Part shown: positions 26,575 to 37,199 of the stretch, one piece after another
Position numbering within the stretch: the first letter of the stretch is position 1
Layout: each line of letters starts with the position of its first letter
Origin: Mobula hypostoma
Taxonomy: Eukaryota
Direction: 5' to 3'
Assembly (NCBI RefSeq): GCF_963921235.1
Contig: NC_086097.1
Span: forward strand, 48,362,001-48,426,000
Length of the DNA: 64,000 nt
The notes under the pieces: generated by a model
The model's input: the letters and a program-made list of their open reading frames with translations, nothing else
The model's database searches: none
Told to the model about the DNA's origin: nothing
Program-made: the position numbers and the translations under genes

Positions 26575-28290
26575 TTAACGGAAGTTGGAGAAGTCAATGT
26601 TCATGCCATCAGGTTGGAGGTTACCCAGACGGAATATAAGGTGTTGTTCCTCCAACCTGAGTGTGGCTTCATCTTTACAGTAGAGGAGGCCGTGGACAGA
26701 CATATCAGAATGGGAATGGGATGTGGAATTAAAATGTGTGGCCACTGGGAGATCCTGCTTTCTCTGGCAGACAGAGCATACGTATTCAGCGAAACGGACT
26801 CCCAGTCTGCGTCCTATCTCGCCAATATATAGAAGGCCGCATCGGGAGCACCGGACGCAGTATATCACCCCAATCGACTCACAGGTGAAGTGTCGCCTCA
26901 CCTGAAAGGACTGTCTGGGGCCCTGAATGGTGGTGAGGGAGGAAGTGTAAGGGCATGTATAGCACATGTTCCGCTTACAAGGGTAAGTGCCAGGAGGGAG
27001 ATCGGTGGGAAGGGATGGGGGGTACGAATGGACAAGTGAGTCGCGTAGGGAGCGATCCCTGCAGAAAGCAGAGAGAAGGGTGGAGGGAAAGATGTGCTTA
27101 GTGGTGGGATCCTGTTGGAGGTGGCGGAAGTTACGGAGAATTATATATTGGACCCGGAGGCTAGTGGGGTGGTAAGTGAGGACAAGGGGAACCCTATTCC
27201 TAGTGGGGTTGCGGGAGGATGGGGTGAGAGCAGATGTACGTGAAATGGGGGAGATGCGTTTGAGAGCAGAGTTGATGGTGGAGGAAGGGAAGCCCCTTTC
27301 TTTAAAAAAGGAGGACATCTCCTTCGTCCTGGAATGAAGAGCCTCATCCTGAGAGCAGATGCGGCAGAGACGGAGGAATTGCGAGAAGGTGGTGGCATTT
27401 TTGCAAGAGACAGGGTGAGAAGAGGAGTAGTCCAGGTAGCAGTGAGAGTCAGTAGGCTTATAGTAGACATCAGTGGATAATCTGTCCCCAGAGACAGAGA
27501 CAGAAAGATCTAGAAAGGGGAGGGAGGTGTCGGAAATGGACCAGGTAAACTTGAGGGCAGGGTGAAAGTTGGAGGCAAAGTTAATAAAGTCAACAAGCTC
27601 AGCATGCGTGCAGGAAGCAGCGCCAACGCAGTCATCGATACAGCGAAGGAAAAGTGGGGGACAGATACCAGAATAGGCTTGGAACATGGATTGTTCCACA
27701 AAGCCAACAAAATGCACGTATAGCTGGGACCCATACGGGTGCCCATGGCTACACCTTTAGTTTGGAGGAAGTGGGAGGAGCCGAAGGAGAAATTATTAAG
27801 AGTAAGGACTAATTCCGCTAGACGGAGCAGAGTGGTGGTAGAGGGGAACTGGTTAGGTCTGGAATCCAAAAAGAAGCAGAGAGCTTTGAGACCTTCCTGG
27901 TGGGGGATGGAAGTATATAGGGACTGAACATCCATAGTCATAGTCATAGTCATAGTCATACTTTATTAATCCCGGGGGAAATTGGTTTTTGTTACAGTTG
28001 CTCCATAAATAATAAATAGTAATAGAACCATAAATAGTTAAATAGTAATATGTAAATTATGCCAGTAAATTATGAAGTAAGTCCAGGACCAGCCTATTGG
28101 CTCAAGATCCATGGTGAAAATAAAGTGGTGGGAGCCAGGGGACTTAAAATCATCGAAAATTTCAGAGCGTGAGAAGTGTCACGAACATAGGTGGGTAGGG
28201 ATTGAACAAGGAGGGATAAAACAGTGTCGAGGTATGCAGAAATGAGTTCGGTGGGGCAGGAGCAAGCTGAGACAATAGGTCTACCTGGAC
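26575..28290 (-). pseudogene. PLE RT/GIY-YIG ORF (frameshift at about 27717, insertion at 27936-28106)
   Basis: GRPIVSAC, MDVQSLYTSIPH, GVAMGTRMGPSY, RCIDD (canonical YIDD altered), CKRNMCYTC, VIYCVRCSRCGLLYIGE. Confidence 0.9.
27936..28106 (-). mobile_element. 171-bp LINE/SINE 3' end with (ATGACT)4 tail
   Basis: TSD ATCCAT at 27930-27935 and 28107-28112; AATAAA before the tail; interrupts the PLE RT. Confidence 0.9.
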
Positions 28291-28824
28291 AATATTCCTC
28301 TGGACTAGGATGCATCCACAGAACATATATTAAGCACAACTCATAAAACAAAATAATACTGCAAATTAGTTAATAAAATATAAATTCAAAATGCATGTAG
28401 TGCTCAGCACAGGTAAATAGTAAACAGTAAACATTAAACAACATACCATCCTAGTGCTGAGACCTCAGTGGTGACAGGGTATTCATTAGTCTCACAGCCT
28501 GGGGTGAAGATGCTGGTCCCCAGTCCTGATGCTCCTCTACCTCCTTCCTGATGGTATTGGGTCAAAGGGGGTGACGGATAAGCGACAGGAATCCTCAATA
28601 ATGCTTCGAGCTCTTTGCATACAACACTCCCTGTAAATATCACAAATAGAAGGCAGGTAGATCCAGGTGATCATATTCTGCATATATACTATACCTTAGA
28701 GAAAAATTATATTAGGAGACATGATAGATACATACTTAAATGCACAATGTAATTTTTCTCTTCTACACTAATCACTTATATAAAACAACCAGAGATAAAT
28801 CATCCAACAAAGTAAAGAGGCAGT

Positions 28825-29480
28825 ATTAGAGTCAGGTCTAATATCACTGGCATATGCTGTGATATTTGTTGTCTTTGTGGCAGCAGTACAATGCAATACA
28901 TGATAATAGAAAAAAATTGTGAATTACATTAATATATATACAGAACATAGAATAGTACAGCACAGTACAGGCCCTTCGGCCCACAATGTTGTGCCGACCC
29001 TTAAACCCTGCCTCCCATATAACCCCCACCTTAGATTCCTCCATATACCTGTCTAGTAGTCTCTTAAACTTCACGAGTGTATCTGCCTCCACCATTGACT
29101 CAGGCAGTGCATTCCACGCGCCAACCATTCTCTGAGTAAAAAATCTTCCTCTAATATCCCCCTTGAACTTCCCACCCCTTACTTTAAAGCCATGTCCTCT
29201 TGTATAGAGAAGCAGTGCTATATAGTTAAATTAAATAAGTAGTGCAAAAATAAAAATAAAAAAGTAGTGAGGTCGTGTTCATGGGTTCAATGTCCATTTA
29301 GGAATCAGATGGCAGAGGGGAAGAAGCTGTTCCTGAATCACTGAGGATGTGCCTTTAGGCTTCTGTACCTCCTTCTTTATGGTAGCAATGGGAACAAGGC
29401 GTGACCCAGGTGATGGAGGTCCTTAATGATCGATGCTGCCTCTTTGAGTCATCATTCCTTGAGGATGCCCTGGATACAGC
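28825..29480 (-). mobile_element. Rex/Babar 3' end, interrupted by CR1
   Basis: Homologous to 2085-2460. Confidence 0.8.
28941..29205 (-). mobile_element. CR1 3' end, same subfamily as 41030-44056
   Basis: Near-identical to 41035-41300; VGAWNALPES..FKRLLDRYMEE. Confidence 0.9.
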
Positions 29481-29847
29481 AGTACCAAATCTCTCCCTAA
29501 AATACGTCATGAAATTTGAAGATATTAATGCAATTGCAGAATCCAGACTTGCAATTCACCAACTGTTCTTCATAGAAATTTCATCGATTGTTCTATTAAC
29601 ACAGGAGCAATTGTATTCATCTAAATGCGTGGTACACATTATTTAGTTCTGGAATACCCTTGGCTCACTCACTCCCTCCATCAGAATCAGGCTGCTCTGT
29701 TTTTTATTCACACAACACCAACATAAAGAAAGCTGTTAATAAGTGATGCAAACACGAGGGATTCTGCAGATGCTGGAAATTCAAGCTACACACATCAAAG
29801 TTGCTGGTGAACGCAGCAGAACAGGCAGCATTTCTAGGAAGAGGTAC

Positions 29848-29883
29848 AGTTGATGTTTCGGGCCAAGACCCTTCGTCAGGACT
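29848..29883 (-). ncRNA. Mirror hammerhead motif with two CpG-type changes
   Basis: Minus strand: AGTC-CTGACGA-A-GGGTCTTGGCCC-GAAA-CATC-AACT. Confidence 0.65.
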
Positions 29884-29932
29884 AACTGAAGGAAGAGCTA
29901 GTAAGAGCCTCTTACTAGCTCTTCCTTCAGTT

Positions 29933-29968
29933 AGTCCTGACGAAGGGTCTTGGCCCGAAACGTCGACT
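29933..29968 (+). ncRNA. Minimal type I hammerhead ribozyme motif, intact core
   Basis: AGTC-CTGACGA-A-GGGT(CTTG)GCCC-GAAA-CGTC-GACT. Confidence 0.8.
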
Positions 29969-30544
29969 GTACCTCTTCCTAGAGATGCTGCCTGGCCTGC
30001 TGCGTTCACCAGCAACTTTGATGTGTGCAGCTGTTAATAAATGAGTAAGGAAATGTCTCATTTCAGAAGACTTGATAATTTTTGTATATTTGCAGATGGG
30101 AGAAGTTACTCTAATGCTTGGTTTTTAAAAGTCTAATGCAATCAAGTAAGTCAGAAAAGGTAAAGGCTCAGGGCTAAAATGGCCATTGATCCAGCTTTGA
30201 TCTGCTTTCCTCATTGAAAGTAAAAGAAAAGTAAATGATAAGCAATTCATTAGCTTCCTTTGGTAATCAATACACATCCCATGGCCATTGTGTTAGGAAA
30301 TCTTTGATTCCTTTTCAACCTTGTGAACAAGAGATAAAAGATAGAGATAGCAATTTTTAAACATAACTTCCCATATGCAGCCAATGATTTAAAGGGAAAG
30401 CTTTGACAACTAAATTGAGAAAATGGGAATGCAGGGACAACAATAGCCAACAATATCATTCATGCCAAGCAAACTATTTGGCTGATGTGTTAAAAGAATT
30501 TATCCATTCTCAGTTTTATAATATAACCTAATCTCATTGAGAAG

Positions 30545-30810
30545 GATAGCATTTTTCTAAGGCTGAATGATGCTTCTCTTAGTTAGAGAGCCTAAATATA
30601 GATATCTTAGATCTCAGAATAGCAGCCAGCCAATTAGGATGGGGATGAGGCGAACATTTTGCATTCAGAGGGTTGCAATCTTTTAGAACTTCCTTCCTTA
30701 ATTGGTTGTGGATGCTCACTTGGTGAATGTATTCAAGGGTGGGATAATTAACTCTTTGGTATAGATAGAAACTTTAACAAAAACTTTGCCTAACTTCTAT
30801 AGTCTATGTC
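30545..30810 (+). mobile_element. Old CR1 3' remnant
   Basis: ggatgaggcgaacattttgcattcagagggttgcaatcttttagaacttcc.. Confidence 0.6.
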
Positions 30811-31028
30811 AGAGACTTAGCATGACACTATTACAGCTGGGGGCATCAGAGTTTGGAGTTCAATACCGGCATTTTCTGTAAGGAGTTTGTACACTCTCCC
30901 CATGGAATGCTTGGGGTTTCTTGGGTGCTCCTGTTTCCTCCCACAGCCCAAAGATATACTGGTTAGTAGGTTTGTCCCGTGATAAAGCTAGGGTTAAATT
31001 GGGGATTGCTGGGTGGTGTGGCTCAAAG

Positions 31029-33010
31029 CCGGAGTGTGGCTATTTTGGAGTGTGTTTTGGAAGCAGTGGGTCGAGACGGTTGACTGGAAAATGGCGGAGA
31101 GAGAGAACATCAAGGAAAGAGCCAAGCTGTTGAAGGAAGTTTTTGGTGACAGTGGAAGTGAACTAGAGTTGGAGGTTGGCAGGAAAGAGGAACGGAATAG
31201 AAAGAGGAAGAAAAGAAAGCAGAGGTACGGGATATCAAACTCTGAGGAGTCAGCAGATGATCAAAACAGGACAGCAAAACAATGGAAAGAAGATGAGATT
31301 AAAGCAATTATAAAACTAAGTGAAGATGAGACGTCTTTTGCTGATTGGTACCCGATTCGTTTGACGAAGATGCTCAACAAAATTATAGGCGAGATTAAAG
31401 GAGCAAAGATTTTACAAAATGGATCGCTATTACTGATTTGTCGGGATAGTGCTCAGCAAGGCAAAGTGATAAGATTATGTAGAACAGATGGCAAAGAAAT
31501 ACAATGCTCAATACCTAACAATAGAAAGTGGACTAGAGGAGTTATTTCGGGGATACCAACAAAAGTTACTATGGATGAGATTGAACAGAATATAAAAGGA
31601 GCAAAGGTTATTGAGGCCAAACGTTGAAAGTTACAAGAAACGGAAAAAAATGTGATAGTTTATCGGTAATGATTAACTTTGAAGAAGAGAGATTACCGAC
31701 TAACATTTACTTAGGGTATATGTGTTATGCGGTTAGAATATATATACCACTGCCTTTAAGATGCTATAAATGTCAGAAATTCGGGCACATTGCGGCAGTC
31801 TACAGAGGAAAACAAAGATGTAGGAGATGCGCTAGAAAAGATAAATATAGGAAATGTGAAGTGGGAGCTAGGCTGAAATGCTGCAATTGTGGCGAGGAAC
31901 ACAGCGCAGCTTATCGAGGGTGCATTTATAGCAAGAAGGCGGCTGAGATACAATATGTAACAGTAACTCAAGGATCAGTTATGCAGAGGCAGTGAAAGAA
32001 TTTGATGAAAAAAAGACTGTCAAGCAAACAAATACAGGGAATAATAAACTGGTGCATTGTGAGAGCTGTAATATGAAAAATAAGGATACACTATTAATGA
32101 GTAGAAAGGATTTTGTGCTTTTTATGATGGATGCAATTAATTGTTCAGCGCAAACAAGCAAAAGAACTGAGAAAATTAAAATTATCGTCAAATCTGCAGA
32201 AAAGTATCTTGGTATTAAAGGGATTAGGTTGGAAGAAGTCAAGAAGTCAAAGAAATGCTGAATGGAGGATCCAACAGTTCACAGGCAGGGGAGATGAAAT
32301 CTTAATGGCAGTATATTTATTGCAAATGGTCAAGAATTTAAGAAGTGTTTCAGAACTTAAGAAAAATCCTCGGATTTTATGGTTGAAGCCCAGGGTAAAT
32401 GTGCAGAACTCCAACAACAAATAGAAGTACCCAACAAGAACAACGGTGAGTTGGAAAGAGATTGGAAAATGGAGATTATTACAAAGATACAAAAGGAAAA
32501 GGAACTTGTTGCAAAGTGAATTATCTACATTCAGATTATAAAATGAAAACATGGAAGCAAATGAAGAAGAACTCCGAGGTCTCAGTAAACAACTGCAGGC
32601 TACGATCCAAGAAAAAGAAAACCTGAAAAAGCAGATAGACTTGGAAAAGCAGCAATTTTAAAAGTATAACGTGTGATAATTACTATTCTTTAACAAGACA
32701 ATTTTAGTCTTACAAGTGGTGTAGATGAAATCAATGTAATTGAGGTAATGCAACTACATGAAAACATGTGACAAAATTAGGGAAGAATAGCAGTTTGCGG
32801 CATTATCTGATGAGCGCATTTAAACATTCACGAGGAATTGCAACTACAGAGTGATGCTAATAGGGAACTGCAGGCTGAACTAGATTGTCTAAAGTAAAGA
32901 ACTCCAGGACGTATTTGGTTGGAACACAAGAAGTCTAGCAGGTGGCGGTAATGCACTGAAAACTGGCTGCCAACCGCCATAAAACAAAAAAAGAGAAGAA
33001 GAAGAAGGAT
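31029..33010 (+). mobile_element. Non-autonomous I/Nimb-clade LINE derivative
   Basis: TSD TGGCTCAAAG at 31019-31028 and 33011-33020; zinc-knuckle ORF1; 3' stem TGGCGGT..ACCGCCA; (GAA)n tail. Confidence 0.85.
31091..32305 (+). pseudogene. Gag-like ORF1 with three CCHC knuckles (frameshifted)
   Basis: RGVISGIP, PLRCYKCQKFGHIAAV, CRRCA, CCNCGEEHSAAYRGC; TAATG stop/start overlap at 32303-32307. Confidence 0.85.
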
Positions 33011-33061
33011 TGGCTCAAAGGGCCAGAAGGGCTTTTGCCATGATGTATCACTAAGTAAGTA

Positions 33062-33180
33062 ACTAAAATTTATTATCAAAGTACATATATGCTACTGTAT
33101 ACCACCTTAAGATTCATTTTCTTACAAGCATTTACAGGAAAAATAGAAATACATTAGAATTAATGAAAATACAAAGTAAA
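33062..33180 (-). mobile_element. Rex/Babar 3' tail
   Basis: Reverse complement resembles 33655-33710 and 12730-12800. Confidence 0.65.
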
Positions 33181-33182
33181 TA

Positions 33183-33738
33183 CACTGAGGAGAGTATTCT
33201 AACTGGTTGCATCATAGCCTGGTATAGAAACACCAATGCCCAGGGATGGAAAAGACTATAAGAAGTAGAGAACACAGCTCAGTCCATCACAGGCAAAGAC
33301 CACTCCACCACTGAATACATTTACATGGAGTGTAGCCACATGAAAGTTGCATCCATTTTCAAAGATTCACACCATCCAGCCATTCCCTATTCTCACTACT
33401 ACCACTGGGCAGGTGGTACAGAGGCCTTAGGTCCCACACCACCAGGTTCAGGAACAGTTATTACCCTACAACTATCGGGCTCCTGAACTGGTGTGGATAA
33501 CCTCTATCACACTACTCTGAACTGATTTTACAACTCAAGTTCTCAGTATTATTTTCTTTATTTGCAGTTTGCCTTCTTTTGCACATCGGTTAATTTTTTA
33601 GTCTTTGTCAGTTCATGTCTGTTATTTTTGTAAATTCTATTGGCTTTCTCTTTCCCCTGTAAATGCCTTCAAAAAATGAACCTCAATGTAGTATATGGTA
33701 TCATAAATTTAACTTGAACTTGAATTTTGAACTTTGAA
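33183..33738 (+). mobile_element. Rex/Babar 3' fragment
   Basis: ESILTGCIIAWY..LLPLGRW..RFRNSYYP; (TTTGAAC)n tail. Confidence 0.85.
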
Positions 33739-35214
33739 AAAAAAGCAAGTCATAATTTGCTTAGGTAGATCAGTCATGAACTAAGTAAATGATGGAACTT
33801 CAGTTTTTTAAATTCTTAGCACATCAGCCTGCAACTGGTTGAGTCAATAGTCTATTTCATTTATTGAATATGTTGTGTAATTTTTTTTTGGCTTCTGGTT
33901 TTCCTTGCTTCTTCTTCACCAGCAATGCTTCTACTAAAAGCCATCTCTGAGTTTTTGTAACCTAGAGTAATTTGTATGTCTTGCACTCTGCGGCTTCTGT
34001 AAAGCAACAAATTTCACGATATATTGTATGTCAGTGATTCTGATTCACCACTTTATATCACTTCTCTTACTCAATACCTTGAATCTTTGATTATATGTTC
34101 ATTTAATTCTTTTCCCAGTGAACCCCAACAGAGTTCTGATATAAGTGTTGTCACATTGTAATGAAAACAGCACAAGGCACAAAGCTTCTTATTATGTTAA
34201 TCTGAAGTTCCTTTCTAGAGAGTTGCATAGATTTAAAATCAGCTTTTCATTTATTATTAAATACTTACTAGGCATTTCCCAGTATATAGGCAATTAGACA
34301 TATTGAACATAGCACTACTTTGATCAGACGTTTTACAATGTATGTGAATACTTTCATCTAAATTCTTCTCTTGTTGCACTTTAAATCCTGCAGTCCATTA
34401 ATTTCTTCTGTGGTGAAGGTAGCTGACCACCAGGTATAGACTGGGGACTGTTTGAGCAATGGATATTACCATGGGTTCCGTGAAAGCAGCTACATGATTG
34501 AGTAGCAGGAGCTTTGATTAAGTAAGGCTATTTAATCCTCACCTAGTTTTCTCAGTTCAGTTCTCCATTTGACCTGCTGAACCATCGGAAAGCTGGAAAA
34601 CCTCACTGATCCAGGAAATCAAATTGCCTTCTGGACAGCTTCAGACTCAGTATCACAGCATTTTAACTAATAGCTTTGGGTATTAGTTGAACGCCAAAGA
34701 CTTAAGTTATTGTTAAGTCAGTGCAATCTATTCAAACTGTTGTTCAGAACTGTCTTCATCGATTCACTATGCCTGTTTGGGGCACCTTTGCAGTTATAAA
34801 AATAATGTGAAATTTGATTTTACAAAAATTGAATGATATTGCAACTTGATGAGACACATTGCTTTTACTGTATGAGTTATATGCACTTCAAGTGATAACT
34901 TACAGATATCCTATTAAAGCATTGAACATAGGTAGCTGCAAATGGCATATGACTGAACCAAGCCTTTCAGATTTATGCCAAATTAGTTGTTTCCCTGCTA
35001 TTTGTACTAAAATGTAACATGCTATAGGCTCACAAGCAAAGGAAGATCCTACCACAAGTAAGAATTGAAGGGATATAATAAAATCCACATTAAAGGTAAG
35101 CAGTAAATGCTGAGGACATACCTCAGGTCAGGCGGACAGAGAAACTAAATGAACAGCACAGGTTGATCATTTTCCATCATACTTCTTGTTTAGTGTTGAA
35201 AGAGCAACAACAAT

Positions 35215-36975
35215 GAGCCAACTCCAACCTCACTCCTTCCAAATATCTACTCCCTCCGCACCAATCCTAACCTCACCATCAAACCTGCAGATAAGGGAGG
35301 TGCTGTAGTTGTCTGGCGGACTGACCTCTACGTTCCTGAGGCCCAGTGCCAACTCTCAGACATCTCCTCTTACTTACCCCTCAAACAGGACCCCACTAAG
35401 GAGCACCAGGCCATTGTTTCCACACCATCACCAACCTTATTGACTCTGGGGGTCTCCCATCCACCGCTACCAACCTCATAGTTCCCATACCCCACAACTC
35501 CCGATTGTACCTCCTACCCAAGATCCACAAACCCACTTGCCCAGGTAGACCCATTGTTTCAGCTTGTTCTTGCTCCACTGAACTCATATCTGCATACCTC
35601 AACCCTGTTTTATCCCCCCTAGTTCAGTCCCTTCCTGCCTACATCCATGACACTTCACACTCTCTGCTGCTTCCTGAACCCATGCTGAACTTGTTGATTT
35701 CATCCACTTTGCCGCCAACTTCCACCCAGCCCTCAAATTTTCCTGGTCTATTTCCAACACCTCCCTCCCCTTTCTCAATCTCATTGTCTCTATCTCTGGA
35801 GACAGCTTATCCTCCAATGTCTATTATAAACCCACAGACTCTCACAGTTACCTGGACTATACCTCGTCCCACCCTGTTACTTGTAAAAACTGCCATCCCC
35901 TTCTCTCAATTCCTCCATCTCCACCACATCTGCTCTCAGGACGAGGCTTTTCATTCTAGAATGAAAGAGATGTCCTCCTTTTTCAAAGAAAGGAGCTTCC
36001 CTTCCTCCAACATCAATGCTGCCCTCAACCGCATCGCTTCCATTTCACACACATCAGCTGTTATCCCATCCTCCTGCAACCCCACCAAGGATAGGGTTCC
36101 TCTTGACTTCACCTATCACCCCACCAGCCTCTGTATCCAGCACATAATTCTCTGGAATTTCCACCACCTCAACGGGATCCCACCACCAAGCACATCTTTC
36201 CCTCGCCCCCACTTTCTGCTTTCCGCAGGGATCACTCCCTACACGACTCCCTTGTCCACTCATCCCTCCCCACTGATCTCCCTCCTGGCACTTACCCTTG
36301 CAAGCGGAACAAGTGCTACACCTGCCCCTACACCTCACTACCATTCATGGCCCTAAGCAGTCCTTCCAGGTGAGGTGACACTTCGCCTGTGAGTCTGTTG
36401 AGGTCATGTTCTGTGTTTGGTGCACCTGGTGTGGCCTCCTGTATATCAGTGAGACCCGACATAGATTGGGAGACTGCTTTGCCGAGCACCTACACTCCGT
36501 CCACCAGAAAATGTGGGATCTCAAAGCGGCCACATATTTTAATTCCACTTCCCTTCCCATCCATGGTCACCTCCACTGTTGTGATGAGGCCACACTCAGG
36601 TTGGAGGAGCAATACTTTATATTCCGTTTGGGTAGCCGCCAACCTGATGGCATGAACATCGATTTCTCAAACTTCCAGTAATGCCCCTCATTCATCTCCT
36701 TCACCATTTCCCATTCCCATTTCCCTCTCTCACCTTATCTCCTTGCCTGTCCATCGCAATCCTCTGATGCTCCTCCCCCTTTTTTGCCTTCCATGGCCTT
36801 CTGTCTCTTTCACTGATCAACTTCCTGGTTCATCCCTCCCCCTCCAGGTTTCACCTAGCATCTAGTGGTTCTCTCTTACCTCCCCTACCTTCCAAATCTA
36901 CTCCTCAGCATTTTTTCTCCAGTCCCGCCAAAGGGTTTTGGCCCAAAACATCAACTGTACTCGTTTCCATAGATG
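35215..36975 (+). mobile_element. PLE family 1 copy with internal RT deletion
   Basis: IKPADKGGAVVV, YLLPKIHK..GRPIVSAC, GLLYISET..PDGMNIDFSNFQ*; decayed HHR at about 36921-36957. Confidence 0.9.
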
Positions 36976-36979
36976 ATAA

Positions 36980-37160
36980 CGACTGTAAGGAGTTTGTATG
37001 TTCTCTCCATGACCACGTAAGTTTTCTCCGGCTGCTCCACTTTCCTCCCACATTCCAGCTGTGCAGATTAGTTGGTTAATTAGTCACATGGGTTTCATTC
37101 GGTGGTGCTGATTCATTAGGCCAAAAGGGCCTGTTATCATGATGTTTCTCTCCAAAAAAA
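36980..37160 (+). mobile_element. V-SINE 3' part
   Basis: ctgtaaggagtttgtatgttctc..ttcctcccacattcca. Confidence 0.7.
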
Positions 37161-37199
37161 AGTAAGCCCATCTTCTTTGGATTTAAGCATAATGCTTTT

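Larger units (their letters stand above)
26184..28290 (-). mobile_element. Neptune-like Penelope element, 5'-truncated, with 13-bp TSD
   Basis: TSD AAT(G/A)TTCCTCTGG at 26171-26183 and 28291-28303; RT, Cys-rich linker, GIY-YIG, terminal repeat. Confidence 0.92.
26115..28680 (-). mobile_element. Rex/Babar LINE 3' end, split by a PLE (host parts 26115-26183 and 28304-28680)
   Basis: Tail at 26115-26135; LPSICDIYRECC.QRARSIIED..PSGRR at 28480-28670. Confidence 0.75.
29747..30028. mobile_element. Palindromic non-autonomous PLE-derived element with TSD
   Basis: Inverted arms centred on 29908; TSD AGCTGTTAATAA(G/A)TGA at 29731-29746 and 30029-30044. Confidence 0.9.
30815..33060 (+). mobile_element. 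V-SINE split by the Nimb-like insertion (parts 30815-31028 and 33011-33060)
   Basis: B-box-like GAGTTCAATACC and V-domain; tail resumes GGCTCAAAGGGCCAGAAGGGC. Confidence 0.8.

Noticed and set aside
29704..30037. Near-identical ORFs on both strands
   Set aside because: A consequence of the palindrome; the PLE terminus is non-coding
36365..36385. In-frame TGA in a PLE as selenocysteine recoding
   Set aside because: It aligns to Arg (CGA) in the 26575-27717 copy, so simple CpG decay explains it
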